From contig CP142729.1 of NCBI GenBank assembly GCA_036630325.1, positions 930,001 through 994,000 of the forward strand: DNA of 64,000 nucleotides. The letters are read 5' to 3'. The DNA is from Vairimorpha necatrix (Eukaryota). Below the pieces are notes generated by a model that was not told where the DNA came from, did not search any database, and saw nothing but the letters and a program-made list of their open reading frames with translations. The translations under genes and the position numbers were made by a program. This document shows positions 52,132-64,000 of the stretch, one piece after another. Each line of letters begins with the position of its first letter. Position 1 is the stretch's first letter.

Positions 52132-55100
52132 TGTCAAATGTTTTATTAGAATTTTCCATCCCCTCTTTCGAAAATGTTTTTAAATACTTTTTGTAGCCAA
52201 TCAAATCCGTCCATTTGTAAGAATATAATTGGTCAGTTTTTGATCGGCTATGACGCCCCCTCAATCAGTCTTCGACGTGTCCTTCTTAATATGACTTATG
52301 TTAACTCTCAATTCGCCTGCTGAATTTTTCCTTTTGACAAGAAATGCGTCTTCACTTAAAATTTTGACAATAATATAACCAGGTTACCATTTAGCTTCTA
52401 ATTTTCCACTTCCTGGGTAATCTCTGTAAACTAAAATATCTTCTCCTATTTTAAACTTTTGCTTTATATCTTTTTTTCCTTTAACGATTATTTGCCGTAT
52501 TTTTTAAAGTTTAAGTCCTTCTTCCGTATAAGTTCTTGCTTCGTATAGGTCTTAGGGGTAACTTTTATTCTCTCATCTATCGCTGTTGTTATTTGCTGAC
52601 CATTTTTTAGAATGTACGGCAATGTTCCTATTGATCGGTTAAACGATAAATGCACTGCCAATGTAGCTTCTTTGACAACTTTTCCCCAGCCAATTTCGTC
52701 ATAGTTTGCTAATTTTCTAATTTTGTTCGTAAATGTTTGTATGACCCCCTCTACCAATCTGTAGTCTGGTGATGGTATGGCGAACAAAATCCCCATAATA
52801 TATTATACTTCGAACCTAATGCTTGTACTACGCTGTTGTTAAACTTTAAGCCGTTGTCTGTCAAGATTCTTTCGGGTATCCCATGCTTACTAATGATTAA
52901 TTCTTCGATCGCCCTATATATTTCACAGCTGTTTTTGCTTCGTATGATCTTGGTTTCTATTCATTTAGAGTAGTGATCGATCGCCACAAATATTATCCGC
53001 TTCCACTGTTGTCAGAAAGTTTCCCAAGCAGTTCAAATCCCCACAGCTGATTGGGTCTTTCTGAAAGTATTACTTTGTTCTTTGTCTTCACGCGTTGATA
53101 TCCCGAACGAAGACATGTTTTGCAATTGCTTACGAATTTCGAAATGTCTTGGTGCATTGTTTTCCACTTATGTGCCTGTGAAATCATAAATTTCATGGTA
53201 TTTGATGTCCCATGCCCTGATAGTTTATGGTACTCCTCTAGTATGTCGTTGATGTTATTATTCGATAACTGATGTAAATCAATGTTACATGTTTCACACT
53301 CTTGGTGAAATCTACCAAGCCATCAGCAATGTTATGCTCTCCTTTTATATACTCCAATTCGAAGTCGTATTCCGCCAATTTGAGTGCCCATCTGAGAATC
53401 CTACTAGTTGGATCCTTCACTGTCCATAGATAGATTAAGGCTTTGTGGTCTGTTCTGAGCGTAAATTTGCTTCCCAAAAGGTAATGTCTAAAATGTTCTA
53501 TTCCTTTAACCAAGCCAAGAAGTTCTTTATCGGTAACTGAATAATTCTTCTGACAATTATCTAGTCTTTTGCTAAAGGCGGCTATCATTTTTTCAGCTCC
53601 ACCTTTGTTCTTTTGCAGCAGCACTGCTCTTATTCCCGTTTCAGATGCGTCAGTAACCAGAATGAATGGAGCTTTAAATTTTTGCTGTGTACGTATTGTA
53701 TTTTGGATTAGTACTTTTTTAACGGGTTTAAACGTATCGAGTTGCTTGTCAGTAAGTTTAATTTTTTTACTAGATGTCTGTTTTTCGCCCTTAAGTACAT
53801 CATACAAGGGTCCCGTAATTTCTGCCTTCTTTGTCACAAAATCCCTGCAATAGTTGGCCATTCCTAGAAAACTCCTTAATTCCTTTATGGTGGCAGGAAT
53901 TGGGTACGCTTGTATATCCTTAATGCACAATTCGTCTACCTTTATTTTTCCGTTTCCAATGACGTTCCCCAAAATCTTTGTTTCCGATCTAAAAAATTAA
54001 CACTTTTTCTTATTAAGCGATAGATTTCTCGTTCTTATTTTCCCCAATACTATTCTCACATGTTTCTTATGTTCTATCTTGTTTTTTGAATATATTATAA
54101 TATCGTCTAAGTATGGGATCACAAAATTATGGTTTTCTTTCCTGAATATATTGTCCATTGCCCTTTGAAATGTTGCTGGGGCGTTACATAGTCCGAACGG
54201 CATACGATTAAATTCGTATTCTTTTCCCTATAAGAAAATGCTGTCTTTCCCTTGTCTTCTTCTTGTAAAGGAATTCGATGAATCCACTAGTCGCGTACAG
54301 TATTGTAAAAATAGTTGCAGTTGATAGACTGTCAAAAATCTCATCGATTCTAGGTGTCATGTATGCGTCCTTTACTGTTATGCTATTCAGACCTCTATAG
54401 TCTACGCCAGAGGTGGGCAAATACTTTAAAGCTGTGGGCCAAATGAATTTTTTAAAATGTCTCCCGGGCCGGAGGACTATTTCGGCTTTGCTTTACACAA
54501 GCGGAAATTTCGGATAAGTTTTTTCCCTGCCCATTTTTAACAAAAATATTAAGTATCATTTCAATTAGAATAAAATATATCAAGTACCTTTTAAGGAAAT
54601 ATTATTATAAATAAATGGATATTAGATAAACCACACAATTAAAGGTTTTATTTTGTTACATTTTAATGTCTTAACGATATTAATTATTTTATATTGACAC
54701 ATGGTTATTACAATTTAACATTTATATTGCATCTCTAAATATAATAGTAAAAAAATTCAAAAAAGAAAAAAAAACATCAAATGTTAAAATAAATATTTAA
54801 TGTTAATGCGAAACGTGAAATGTCGAATGTTCATCCGACATTATTTGTTCAAAATTAGGTTCTAAATCACTTGTAGCAATTCTTAATACCGAGTGTAGAT
54901 TTTCGTCAATAATTTGTGATCGATACTTATTTTTCGTGGAAACCATTAAAGAAAAGGTTTTTATACAAATATAAGTCGAACTAAATAAAACGAGACATTT
55001 CTGAGCATAGTTCAAAAAATGTTTGAAATGTTCATTATTTAACGCGCCATAGAAAGCACTCAATTCGTTTGAGTGAAAATTTTCTTTTAGTAAATTATTT

Positions 55101-58100
55101 GATTGTAAGTCAATTAGTTCTAGTTGAATTTCAACAGGAGCTTCTTGCACGTCGAAATTGAAAGGATGGCCAATTAATGATAAAGGTTTTTCAATATCTT
55201 TGAAATCTTCTTTGGAATTCAGAATGCAGGTCTTGTGTTATTGCACTATATTTAAAAAAATCTGTATTTTTTAATGATTCTCGCCGTGCTTGCAATGAGG
55301 GGAAATGATTTAATAATTTATTATTAAAGTTTTCAGCAAATAAATTAAGTTTTGTCATAAATGCTTTGACGTTTGAGTGCATATTGAAAGCGAATTGGTT
55401 TTTACCTTGTAGATTTATATTAAGTTCAATCAAATATTTTACTATATCTACTGAAAACGAGAAATCGTTTAGCCAAGCCTCATTTTGCAATTCAGGAAAA
55501 TCTTGTAGTTTTTCTTTTATCGACAAGAATGATACTATTTCATCAAGCAAATATTGAAATCTATGTAAAACTTTACCAATGCTAAGCCATCTCACTTCAG
55601 TGTAATAGGGAATTTCGTAGTAGTCACTTTCAATTTCTTTCAAAAATTCAAGAAACTGTCGATGATTTAAGGCATGTTTTCGGATAAAATTTACAATTTT
55701 GGTCACAACAGTAACGACGTGATTCAATTTCAAAACTTTTCTGCATAGCATTTCTTGGTGAATAATGCAGTGCAAAAATAATATATCGTGTTCTGGTTGT
55801 AACTTTTTTACTTTGTCGCGAATTCGTTTAAGTAAGCCTATATTTTCCCCCGTTAAACTAGGACAGCCATCCGTAGTGACGCTTACTATTTTATTCCAAG
55901 TTAAACTAACTTTAACTAAACACTCTTCAACAGCGAGAAAAGGTCTTTACCAGTAGTTGTATTTTTCATTGGATGCACACTAAGAAGTTCCTCGCTAATT
56001 TCACATTTCCTATTAATGCCGCGAATAAATATTAATAATTGACTTGTATCATTAATATCGCAGGACTCATCTAAAGCCAGAGAACAATAGGTAAAATCAG
56101 CAATTTTTCTGCTTAGCTGGTCAAGTAAGTTTCCTGAAATATTTTCAATTCGGCGTACTATTGTTCTTCTCGAAAGGCTTAGATTTTCAAAATAAGTTTC
56201 TTTTCAGGACAACATATCTCCGACACTTGTACCATGCATTGTTTAACAAATTCTGCTTCTAAAAACGCTTACAGAACTTATCAATTTTGTGTGCGACAGC
56301 ATAACTTGCTTTTGTAGTAGATTTTACAATATTAATTCGTTTGGTAAAAATTTTTTGTTGCTGATTCAAGTTTTTTGTTAAGTTTTCAGCTATGTTTTAA
56401 AGTTCTTGTAGAGAAAGAGATGCATATTTTGGATGTTTTGTTGTAAAATGCCTGCTTAAATTGTATTCTTTGAAAACAGCAATTGTTTCCTGACAAACTA
56501 AACAAATTGCTTTCTTATTAATGTTTGTAAAAAGATATTTTACCGTCCAATCTTCATTGAAGTTTCTGCATTCCAAATCAACTTTTCTTTTTTTTAGTTT
56601 CTCTCATTTTAAAAGGGCTATAAAAAAATAAGTTAAATAAAAACAATAAAAAAACACCAAAGTTTTAAAAATTTACTTACAAAAAGTCCACTTTTTCAAT
56701 TTTATATATGCAAACCAATGGTAGATTCGAACTAAAAAAGAGTATGCGATCAGAATAAAATAATAATTAACAATACCTGGGCTGCGATCTATCGTCCCCC
56801 AAACATTGAGAGGCTGAGAGGAGTGCAGCATATGTCATCCACACATGCATTTTAAACCTAGCGCGATCTAATTTGTGTTCGATGAAAACCCTGCCACGAG
56901 AGCGATTGTCGCGAGCGACCCGCATCGTTCACACTAGTGTAATCAGCCTAACGCTTATTTTATTTCGCCTATTATATATACAGTTCGCATATTAATAATG
57001 TTTATGTCAATAAAATCTAATAAAGTGCTTTAAAAAATTGCGTTAGAATTTTTAAACGGGCCGGATAAAATTAGCAAAAGGGCCGGATCCGGCCCGCGGG
57101 CCGGCTTTTGCCCACCTCTGGTCTACGCACATTCTCCAAGTTTTGTCAGACTTCGGTACCATCAGTATTCTGCTACACCAGGGACTTCTGCTTTCCCTTA
57201 AAATTCCAAGTTCTAGGAGTTTGTTGATTTCTTCATTTACGGCCTCATCTTGTTATACTGGTATTCTTCCGTTCCTTTGGCAAATTATCTTTGTACTGTT
57301 CGTCTGCATACGATGACTACCTGCAGTGCAGGGGTTAAAGTCGCTAATTTCTGTTTTGAAGACGTCTTCATACCCTTTCAAAATTTTATTCTCTTCTAAA
57401 TCACATGCGAAGTTCAACATTTGGTTGATTCTATATTTTGGTGCATTTAGAATATCTAAAATCAGTTTTTTATTGTCGCATATTACATTTGCTCAAATTA
57501 TAACATATTTTATGTCTTTGATTATTAAGGGGGAGAAGATCGCGCCTTTTCCATTATTTCGATTATAGAGTCTTTTAGTTAGCCTTCTATTTTTAATATT
57601 TCTTTTCCCATATCTTTACTACACCATTATATCTAATAATTTTATTACGTTCTTCCTGTGGAATATCATTGTAATTTTTTCGAAACATCGGCCCCAGTGT
57701 CTAGTAGTACTTTCGTATTTTTATTGTAGAGACGGCTTTCCACAAAAAACGGGTTAAAACTATTTTGTACATGGTGTAAAAAAAATTCAATTTCTTTATC
57801 GTCATGGTCTTTCTCGTCACTTTCGTATTGTTCCACAGCATTTATATTTTTTCTCTTCAAGTTGTTTCTTTCTCTATTGAGTATTATGGTTAACGTCTTG
57901 TAGTCTCTTGTGGAATGATTACATTCCCCGTGGAGTGTGCACCGTTTATTATTATGTCGCAGTGGTTTTCGTGGATTGTGCTTCTTTTAAATCCTTTTTC
58001 TTTGTAAAAATTAGTTGGGGCTCTCTGCCCGCGTTGTCGTGTAGTTTAGTCCTAGCTAACATCTTATCGGGATATGGAATCCACGATATCTCCTCGGCCT

Positions 58101-58690
58101 TTTGTATGAATCCTTGCCACGTCTGGACTGTAGTTGCTGTCTGGTATAGCAGCGCTTTTATCTCCATTGGTAATTTATTATGACCATTTGGCACCAAGCG
58201 TCAAAATTTATAAGAGATCTCTCATATATTACAGTAGCTTCCTGTAGCATCTGCGAGTAATCTTCTCTCGTCTCTGGGACCGTTATTGAGAGGAACCTGC
58301 TTAGTGTTATATCGTTGTTTTTATATATTCCAAATCTTTTCTTCATTAAGTGAAGTATCTCCTCTAAGCTGACTGTCTCCATTTTTCCGCCTAATGTCTG
58401 GGAAGCCCATGATAATGCTTCCCCGAGCTTGCTCACCAATGCCGCTTTGAATTGATCAATGGTCCATTTAGAAACTTCCCTTACCAACATTATGTCTCTC
58501 GGCCAGACATTTACATCCTCACCTGCTTCTCCTGTGAAGCATTCGACATTGTTTGTCGTTGTCGCCATGTCAAACGTTTTATTAGAATTTTCCATCCCCT
58601 CTTTCATAAATGTTTTTAAATACTTTTTGTAGCCAATCAAATCTGTTTATTTGTAAAATATGATTGGTCAGTTTTTGATCGGCTACGACA
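52132..58690 (-). mobile_element. Ty3/gypsy element (mirror of 3386-7221), interrupted by hAT
   Basis: LTRs 52132-52255 and 58568-58690, TSD GAGAC on the plus strand. Confidence 0.95.
54408..57120 (-). mobile_element. hAT DNA transposon, Charlie/Buster/SPIN (GTF2IRD2-like) type; frameshifted transposase 54803-56607
   Basis: TIRs CAGAGGTGGGCAAA, perfect 8-bp TSD GTCTACGC, subterminal GGGCCG repeats. Motifs LALDESCD, TTDGCPS, HCIIHQE, EVRWLS, FSSTYIC..FS. Empty site at 4949-4956. Confidence 0.95.
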
Positions 58691-60597
58691 GAGACAACAA
58701 ATTTATTTAACTTTTCATCTTCGCTAACTTTCCCCGACTTATTTCCTAAATATTTATCTAGTCGTTCTCCAACTTCTTCCTCCATTCCTTGAATTTCTAA
58801 TAATATCTTATCGATTTCTACCACTCCTGCTTGATAGTCAACTTTCGCGTTAACATTGTGGAAGAAATCGTTGCCCAGGATGAAGTTAACAGAAGCCTGT
58901 TCTAATACGTAAAAGCTAGTGTTAAAGGCCCTATCCTTTTGAATAATTCTACATTAACCTTTTTATCGCATTCTAAGGTTGTATTGTTTAAAATAGTTTT
59001 AGCCTTTGGCCTTCGACGGCTTGTAATTTCAGTTGATTCACTTCTTCTTTATTAATATAATATTTTTTGATCCGCTGTCTACTTGAATCTCAACCTTTTA
59101 GTTATTCATTGTTACTTCCACTATAACATCTTCAATTATTTTTTTTTTCTTAATTTATTAATCATATTTTCGTCAGGTTTATAATTACTTTCTTGTCTTT
59201 GATTATTTTTATTTTTTTTGCAAGTAGCAATGATTCTTTTTGTGGGAAAAGTTACTCTTATGAAAACTACACCACTTCTTCTCATTTAAGTTACAAGCTT
59301 CTGAGTTATAGTTCGAATCATTTGATTTAGCTTTTGAATCATGTTTATTATAAATTCGTTTTCAACTTGAATTAGATATTCATAAATTTCATTTATAAAT
59401 CTATTAATCATATTCAAACGCGTTAATTCCAAATGCGTGAAATTGCTCAATTCCTTTAAAAATAATTCTTATTTTTTATTTTAGGTCTCCTTCTTAGTGA
59501 GACTATTGTAGTAATTATATGCTAAAAGTCTTTCTCTTACAATCTCCTCATACTTTTAATGGTACTATAATTGGCTTGATTAATAGCATCTAAATACCTG
59601 ATGCCTTGTCTCTTTCGCTCAGGCGGATAAACTATATCTAATAGCCTTTTTCTAAGAACTAAATACGAGTTACATGTAAGAGCTTCTTTTCTTTCATCGT
59701 AATTGCATGAAAAGTATATATGGCCATTTGTTCATCTTTCCCTTTTTTTGTTTTCCTAATTCTTCAAACTTAGAAGTTGTTTAATTGTGAACTGAGTTTT
59801 GATATCGTATATTTTTAATATTTTTTCTTTACACTTTAAAGTGTTATCTATTTTGTTCTTTTCGAATTCAGTATACCCATCTTCTATAATGTTTCCTGGG
59901 TTACTGTTAACGTTTAACTCGTTGAATTCAACTTGATGTTATCACTGGGGACTTTGCCTAGTTTAAAATACATTTCTAAATAATTGTATATTAAAGGCTC
60001 TTTTGGCCTGTATTGGTCTTTGTTTGTGACCAGTCATTGCTTTGCTGATGACTTTACTTCTTGTAGCTCATGCCCTTTTTTCAAAAATAAACAGTCATAA
60101 AAAATAAAAAATAAAATTCTAGAAAATTCATTTTTCTAGAAAAAGTTTTTATTAGAAAAATTGATTTTCTTGACATGTGGATAATACCACAATAGCAAAT
60201 ACGCTTTTTTGAATATAAGAAATACAGGCTTCCATTTGGCATATAAATTTTAAAGTACAATATTTTTTATTAATTTTCTTCATATTTCTCATTCTCTAGT
60301 CTTACTTTGATAAAAAGCTTTTCAAGATCTTCCGCATCCGCCATAAGTCTATGCGTAAAATAATAGTAGAAGCCATTCTTAATTTTTTATTTCTTATGAA
60401 AATCATCTATAGGACACTTAAATGGCTTCACCATTTTTTGTTTCTCTTCCGAGTAATAGTTAGTATGATAATTTAAACCATTCAAACTTGTAAGCTTTGA
60501 TTTGCAAAATGTGCAATCCTATTCCCACTTGTTTCTCTTTCTTACATTAGATTTCTCATTATATGTGGTATCTCACCGCCTTTCTTACTTCTTTTGT

Positions 60598-61020
60598 CTA
60601 CAACCCTACTTCTCTTAGTCTTTTATAATACGTATCTAGTACATTCTTCTCAAATGTGCTTATTACTTCATCCTCAAAACTATTTTTCAGTTTCATGAGT
60701 ATTGAGAAGTCGTCTATTACTCCACAATAAATATACATTTGTATTATATAAGAGTCAACAGGACTGTTACAATCAAGAAATTGTAACTTGTCATTGATAA
60801 ACTCGCAACTTGGAATACAGGAAAAATTGCTATACAAATTTTCAGTTGTAATGTTGGACATTACAACTAGATTATCAATAGCTCTTTCTTCTTTCCATGT
60901 AAGAGCCGGCTCGTTTTTTTTGTAAAAAGAAAAAAGATTCAAATTTTTGAGTTCGGAGTCCGCAGAAGAGTTTAAGTCAGAACTATTATTCATCAAAAAT
61001 TTGTCTTTCTCAAATGACAT
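60598..61020 (-). CDS. Hypothetical protein (mirror of 1055-1477)
   Basis: Intact 140-aa ORF. Confidence 0.5.
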   Translation of the reverse strand: MSFEKDKFLMNNSSDLNSSADSELKNLNLFSFYKKNEPALTWKEERAIDNLVVMSNITTENLYSNFSCIPSCEFINDKLQFLDCNSPVDSYIIQMYIYCGVIDDFSILMKLKNSFEDEVISTFEKNVLDTYYKRLREVGL

Positions 61021-61719
61021 GTGGAGTCAAAAATGTTTTTTATAAATAAAAGAAAGTTTCTATGGTAAATATTTTCTAGAAAGAGTATACTCGAAATTAA
61101 TTATTGCAAAAAAATGTGTTGTAATGACCTCCATCACAAAGTAAATTCAAAAAATTGTTTTACTAATATTTAACAGTATGAATATGATCTGTACTTTAAA
61201 GTTGTCAAATGAATCATAAAAATGATATATTTGACACATAGGATTCTTAACAGATACTAAAAATTATGAAAATATCATTGTATTGTTCATTTTGTTGAAA
61301 GATTTTTGTTTTTTTTTGTTGATTAAAGTATCAAATAGAACTCTTGTGACGTTTACACACGTCACAATTAATTATTCGAAAGGTCTAAAAATAAAAATAC
61401 TTTTTATATTATTTTGTTAATTCACATATAATACTATTAAGTTACAATTATGAATATATGTTCCACAGGAAAATGTAATACATGAATACACCAAAATGTT
61501 TAATCAAATAAACAATGATCATATAGTCTTCTCTCTTGGTAATAATGTAAATGTTTTAGCAATGAATGTTGTATAATTATGTATAAATTAATATTGATCT
61601 TAATGATAATATTAAATTTGTTTACTATAAATTTAGAACAAAATATAAAACTGTAAAATTTGATCAAATTTTTTAGTAATATTTTGCATATAAACGTTTG
61701 GGAGCTGGGATCTAGAATA

Positions 61720-62652
61720 TCCCCCTCTGAGGGTGTTCACTTTATTTTTTCGAACCCCAAAATCGAAGTGCAAAAAAAAAGAGGAGCAAAACAAGGACAA
61801 AAATTACTAAGCACTTATGACATTAAAAACAAATAATAAATATATATTTATGTAACAATTATATTTAATACAAGTTTTTACAATAATATAAACTAATAAG
61901 CATTCTTTGCCCTTCTGATTTTTTAGAATTGGGGACCAAAACGCCCTTCTCTGAGTGTGTTCACTTTATTTATTATAACCCCCAAAACGAAGTGCAAAAT
62001 AAAGGAGAAGCAATCATTAGCACCTAAAATACTTGCATCTTTAGACAGTAGAAATACCAAATAAATATATATTTGTATGCGAAATTTAATTTAAAAAAGT
62101 ATATAACCATAAACCTATATAATTCTAAATAACTTAACATATTTTAAATTAAATTTTTTGATTTAACAATCTATATAGTTCTTTGAACATTTATTTAATT
62201 TTTCTTATATAAACGTTATTTATATTTTTCATTGTTGGTTTATTGTAAAAAAAGATTTTCTGAAAAAATCTATTTTATAATAAACCAACAATGAAAAAAA
62301 TGAAAATATATTGCGGGCAAAAAAGAAACAATACCATAAATGATTATTATTGTTGAAAAGAGTGAATGAGACTGAACGAAATTGCAGATTTATTTAAGAA
62401 CCTTTTCTTTTATAATGTGTCTGAAAACAATGGTTTGTGATAACCATGTCGGATTGGACAAACTTGTACTGAAACAGTTTGGTATGTGATGAATAAAAAT
62501 GATTGTTAAATAGAGTTACAACAATTATAACTAAATCTGGAATAAACATTTGTATCTATGCATATATATTTGTTGTTTTAAATGTCATAAGTGCTTAGTA
62601 ATTTTTGTCCCTTTCTTGCTCCTCTTTTTTTTGCATTTCAATTTTGGGGTTT
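61720..62652. repeat. Foldback-like structure of long inverted and direct repeats
   Basis: ~61753-61850 is inverted at ~62560-62652; 61723-61790 is repeated directly at ~61945-62012; internal palindrome at 62227-62298. Confidence 0.65.
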
Positions 62653-63139
62653 TAAAAAAATCTAAGCGCTTCAAAAGGATGGAGGTCTAATGTATCCTTC
62701 ACCAAAAATCTTCATATCATCTTATTACAAAAATTCCAAAAAAAAAAAACAAATACATTGTTGTTTTACTAAAAAAAATCTTTTTTTATTGCTGTGGTAT
62801 CCATCACTAAGAAGAGTTTTGATGATGTTTTGTTTTTTTATGTTTTTATTCTTTCTTTCCATTCTTTCCTATTCTTTTCTAGATAAAATATTTAAATAAA
62901 TGTTGGAGGGAAACTGGACGAAATTGGAGGAGAAGATTTTAAAAATATAATTTATGATATTTGGTATATCATAATTGTACAACGAAAATATTAAAACAAT
63001 TACATAATCCTTAAAATCCCTTTTAAAACCAGATGTTTTTTATTTAGATTTTTTAGTAATGTTATATAATAAATATTTCGATTATGATTAATTTATATCA
63101 AAACAAAGTCATGATTTAAATTAACGAAAGATCTCTTAC

Positions 63140-64000
63140 AACTGTATTCGTATTATGTCTTTAGATCATAGTACTTTAATTTATTAGTCCCACATTATTG
63201 AACATTATTATATAGGAATCAATTAAACAATCCATACAATATAAAAAACATATCAATCTTATTAACAAAAACTTTTTAAAACCAATAACTTTTTCGTATC
63301 CGAAACTCATTTAATTCTCACAAACAAACTTTTGTTGGATTCAACTTTTTAATCTTATTTCATTTTTACCTAAAGATTTTTAAAATTTTACCTTATATGT
63401 AAAATAGTAAACGCCCATTTAAGCGTAGACAAAGTCACTGAAAATATCTGTAATTGTATATATTAAGTCTCTGTCGATGGTTCTCAAATTTTTTGTTGTT
63501 GATTTTGACATAACCAGTTGTGCTATATTTAAGCAATTATGATTAAATTAAGTTTAATGCATTTTATTAAGGTTACAGCCACGAGGATATTCTTATGGGA
63601 AGAGTTATTTTAACATGATGATCTTTCTTGGTCTTGAGTTCTAATAAATGGTTGTTAAGTCCTTTATCTCATGATATCGTGGTTGTTATGACCGAAAATA
63701 ACCCGGTCGAATAATCAATTTTTAAAAACAAAAAAAAAACGATAAAATGAAATAAGGAGTTATATTTTAAATTTACAGCTTTCAACATATTTTTTCCTAT
63801 TTCCTAAAAGTTTTTCTTCTTAGGATTGATATAATTAATATATTCTCAATAAGTAGTTTTATGTTCAAGTTTAGATTTTGATACAGAAATTGTCGTTTAC
63901 ACTGCCGACAGTCATTTGACAATCGTTCAACCAAATTTATCTACGGCTTAATTCGATGAAATTATACTTTCTTGTGCATTCTTAGTTGGATAACTCTGAT
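63140..64000. repeat. Diverged copy of 24775-25580
   Basis: Collinear shared blocks; runs off the window end. Confidence 0.75.

Larger units (their letters stand above)
51203..60191 (-). mobile_element. Outer LTR element (mirror of 1884-8149)
   Basis: LTRs 51203-51463 and 59934-60191, TSD ATAGC on the plus strand. Confidence 0.85.
40870..61264 (-). repeat. Right arm of large inverted segmental duplication
   Basis: Mirror of 811-17360, plus hAT and Merlin insertions absent from the left arm. Confidence 0.95.

Noticed and set aside
1-64000. CRISPR array, cas genes or TnpB/Fanzor
   Set aside because: No regularly spaced repeat-spacer array and no RuvC/Cas-like ORF fragments recognised.

Overview
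AT-rich, gene-poor, transposon-dense eukaryotic DNA. It is most likely from a microsporidian, inferred from CCC/GGG motifs just upstream of start codons, the Merlin/Ty3/MULE/hAT mix and a short homeodomain gene. The window is organised as a large inverted duplication: left arm ~811-17360, right arm ~40870-61264, with arm-specific transposon insertions. It contains five Ty3/gypsy LTR elements (plus mirror copies) with short LTRs (48-260 bp) and at least seven distinct Merlin (IS1595-like) elements or remnants. It also holds one MULE-transposase element, one young Charlie/Buster-type hAT and RLE non-LTR 3' fragments. The most unusual signal is five diverged copies of a ~750-nt non-coding module. 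Each begins with a 70-73-nt tRNA-like cloverleaf and continues as a body whose hairpins covary between copies. The copies alternate in tandem with Ssn6/Cyc8-like TPR pseudogenes. Other notable features are ~49-bp LTRs with the gag start codon inside the LTR, an apparently protease-less Ty3 family, and a MULE transposase inside Merlin-like termini. All calls were made by eye; no searches were run.
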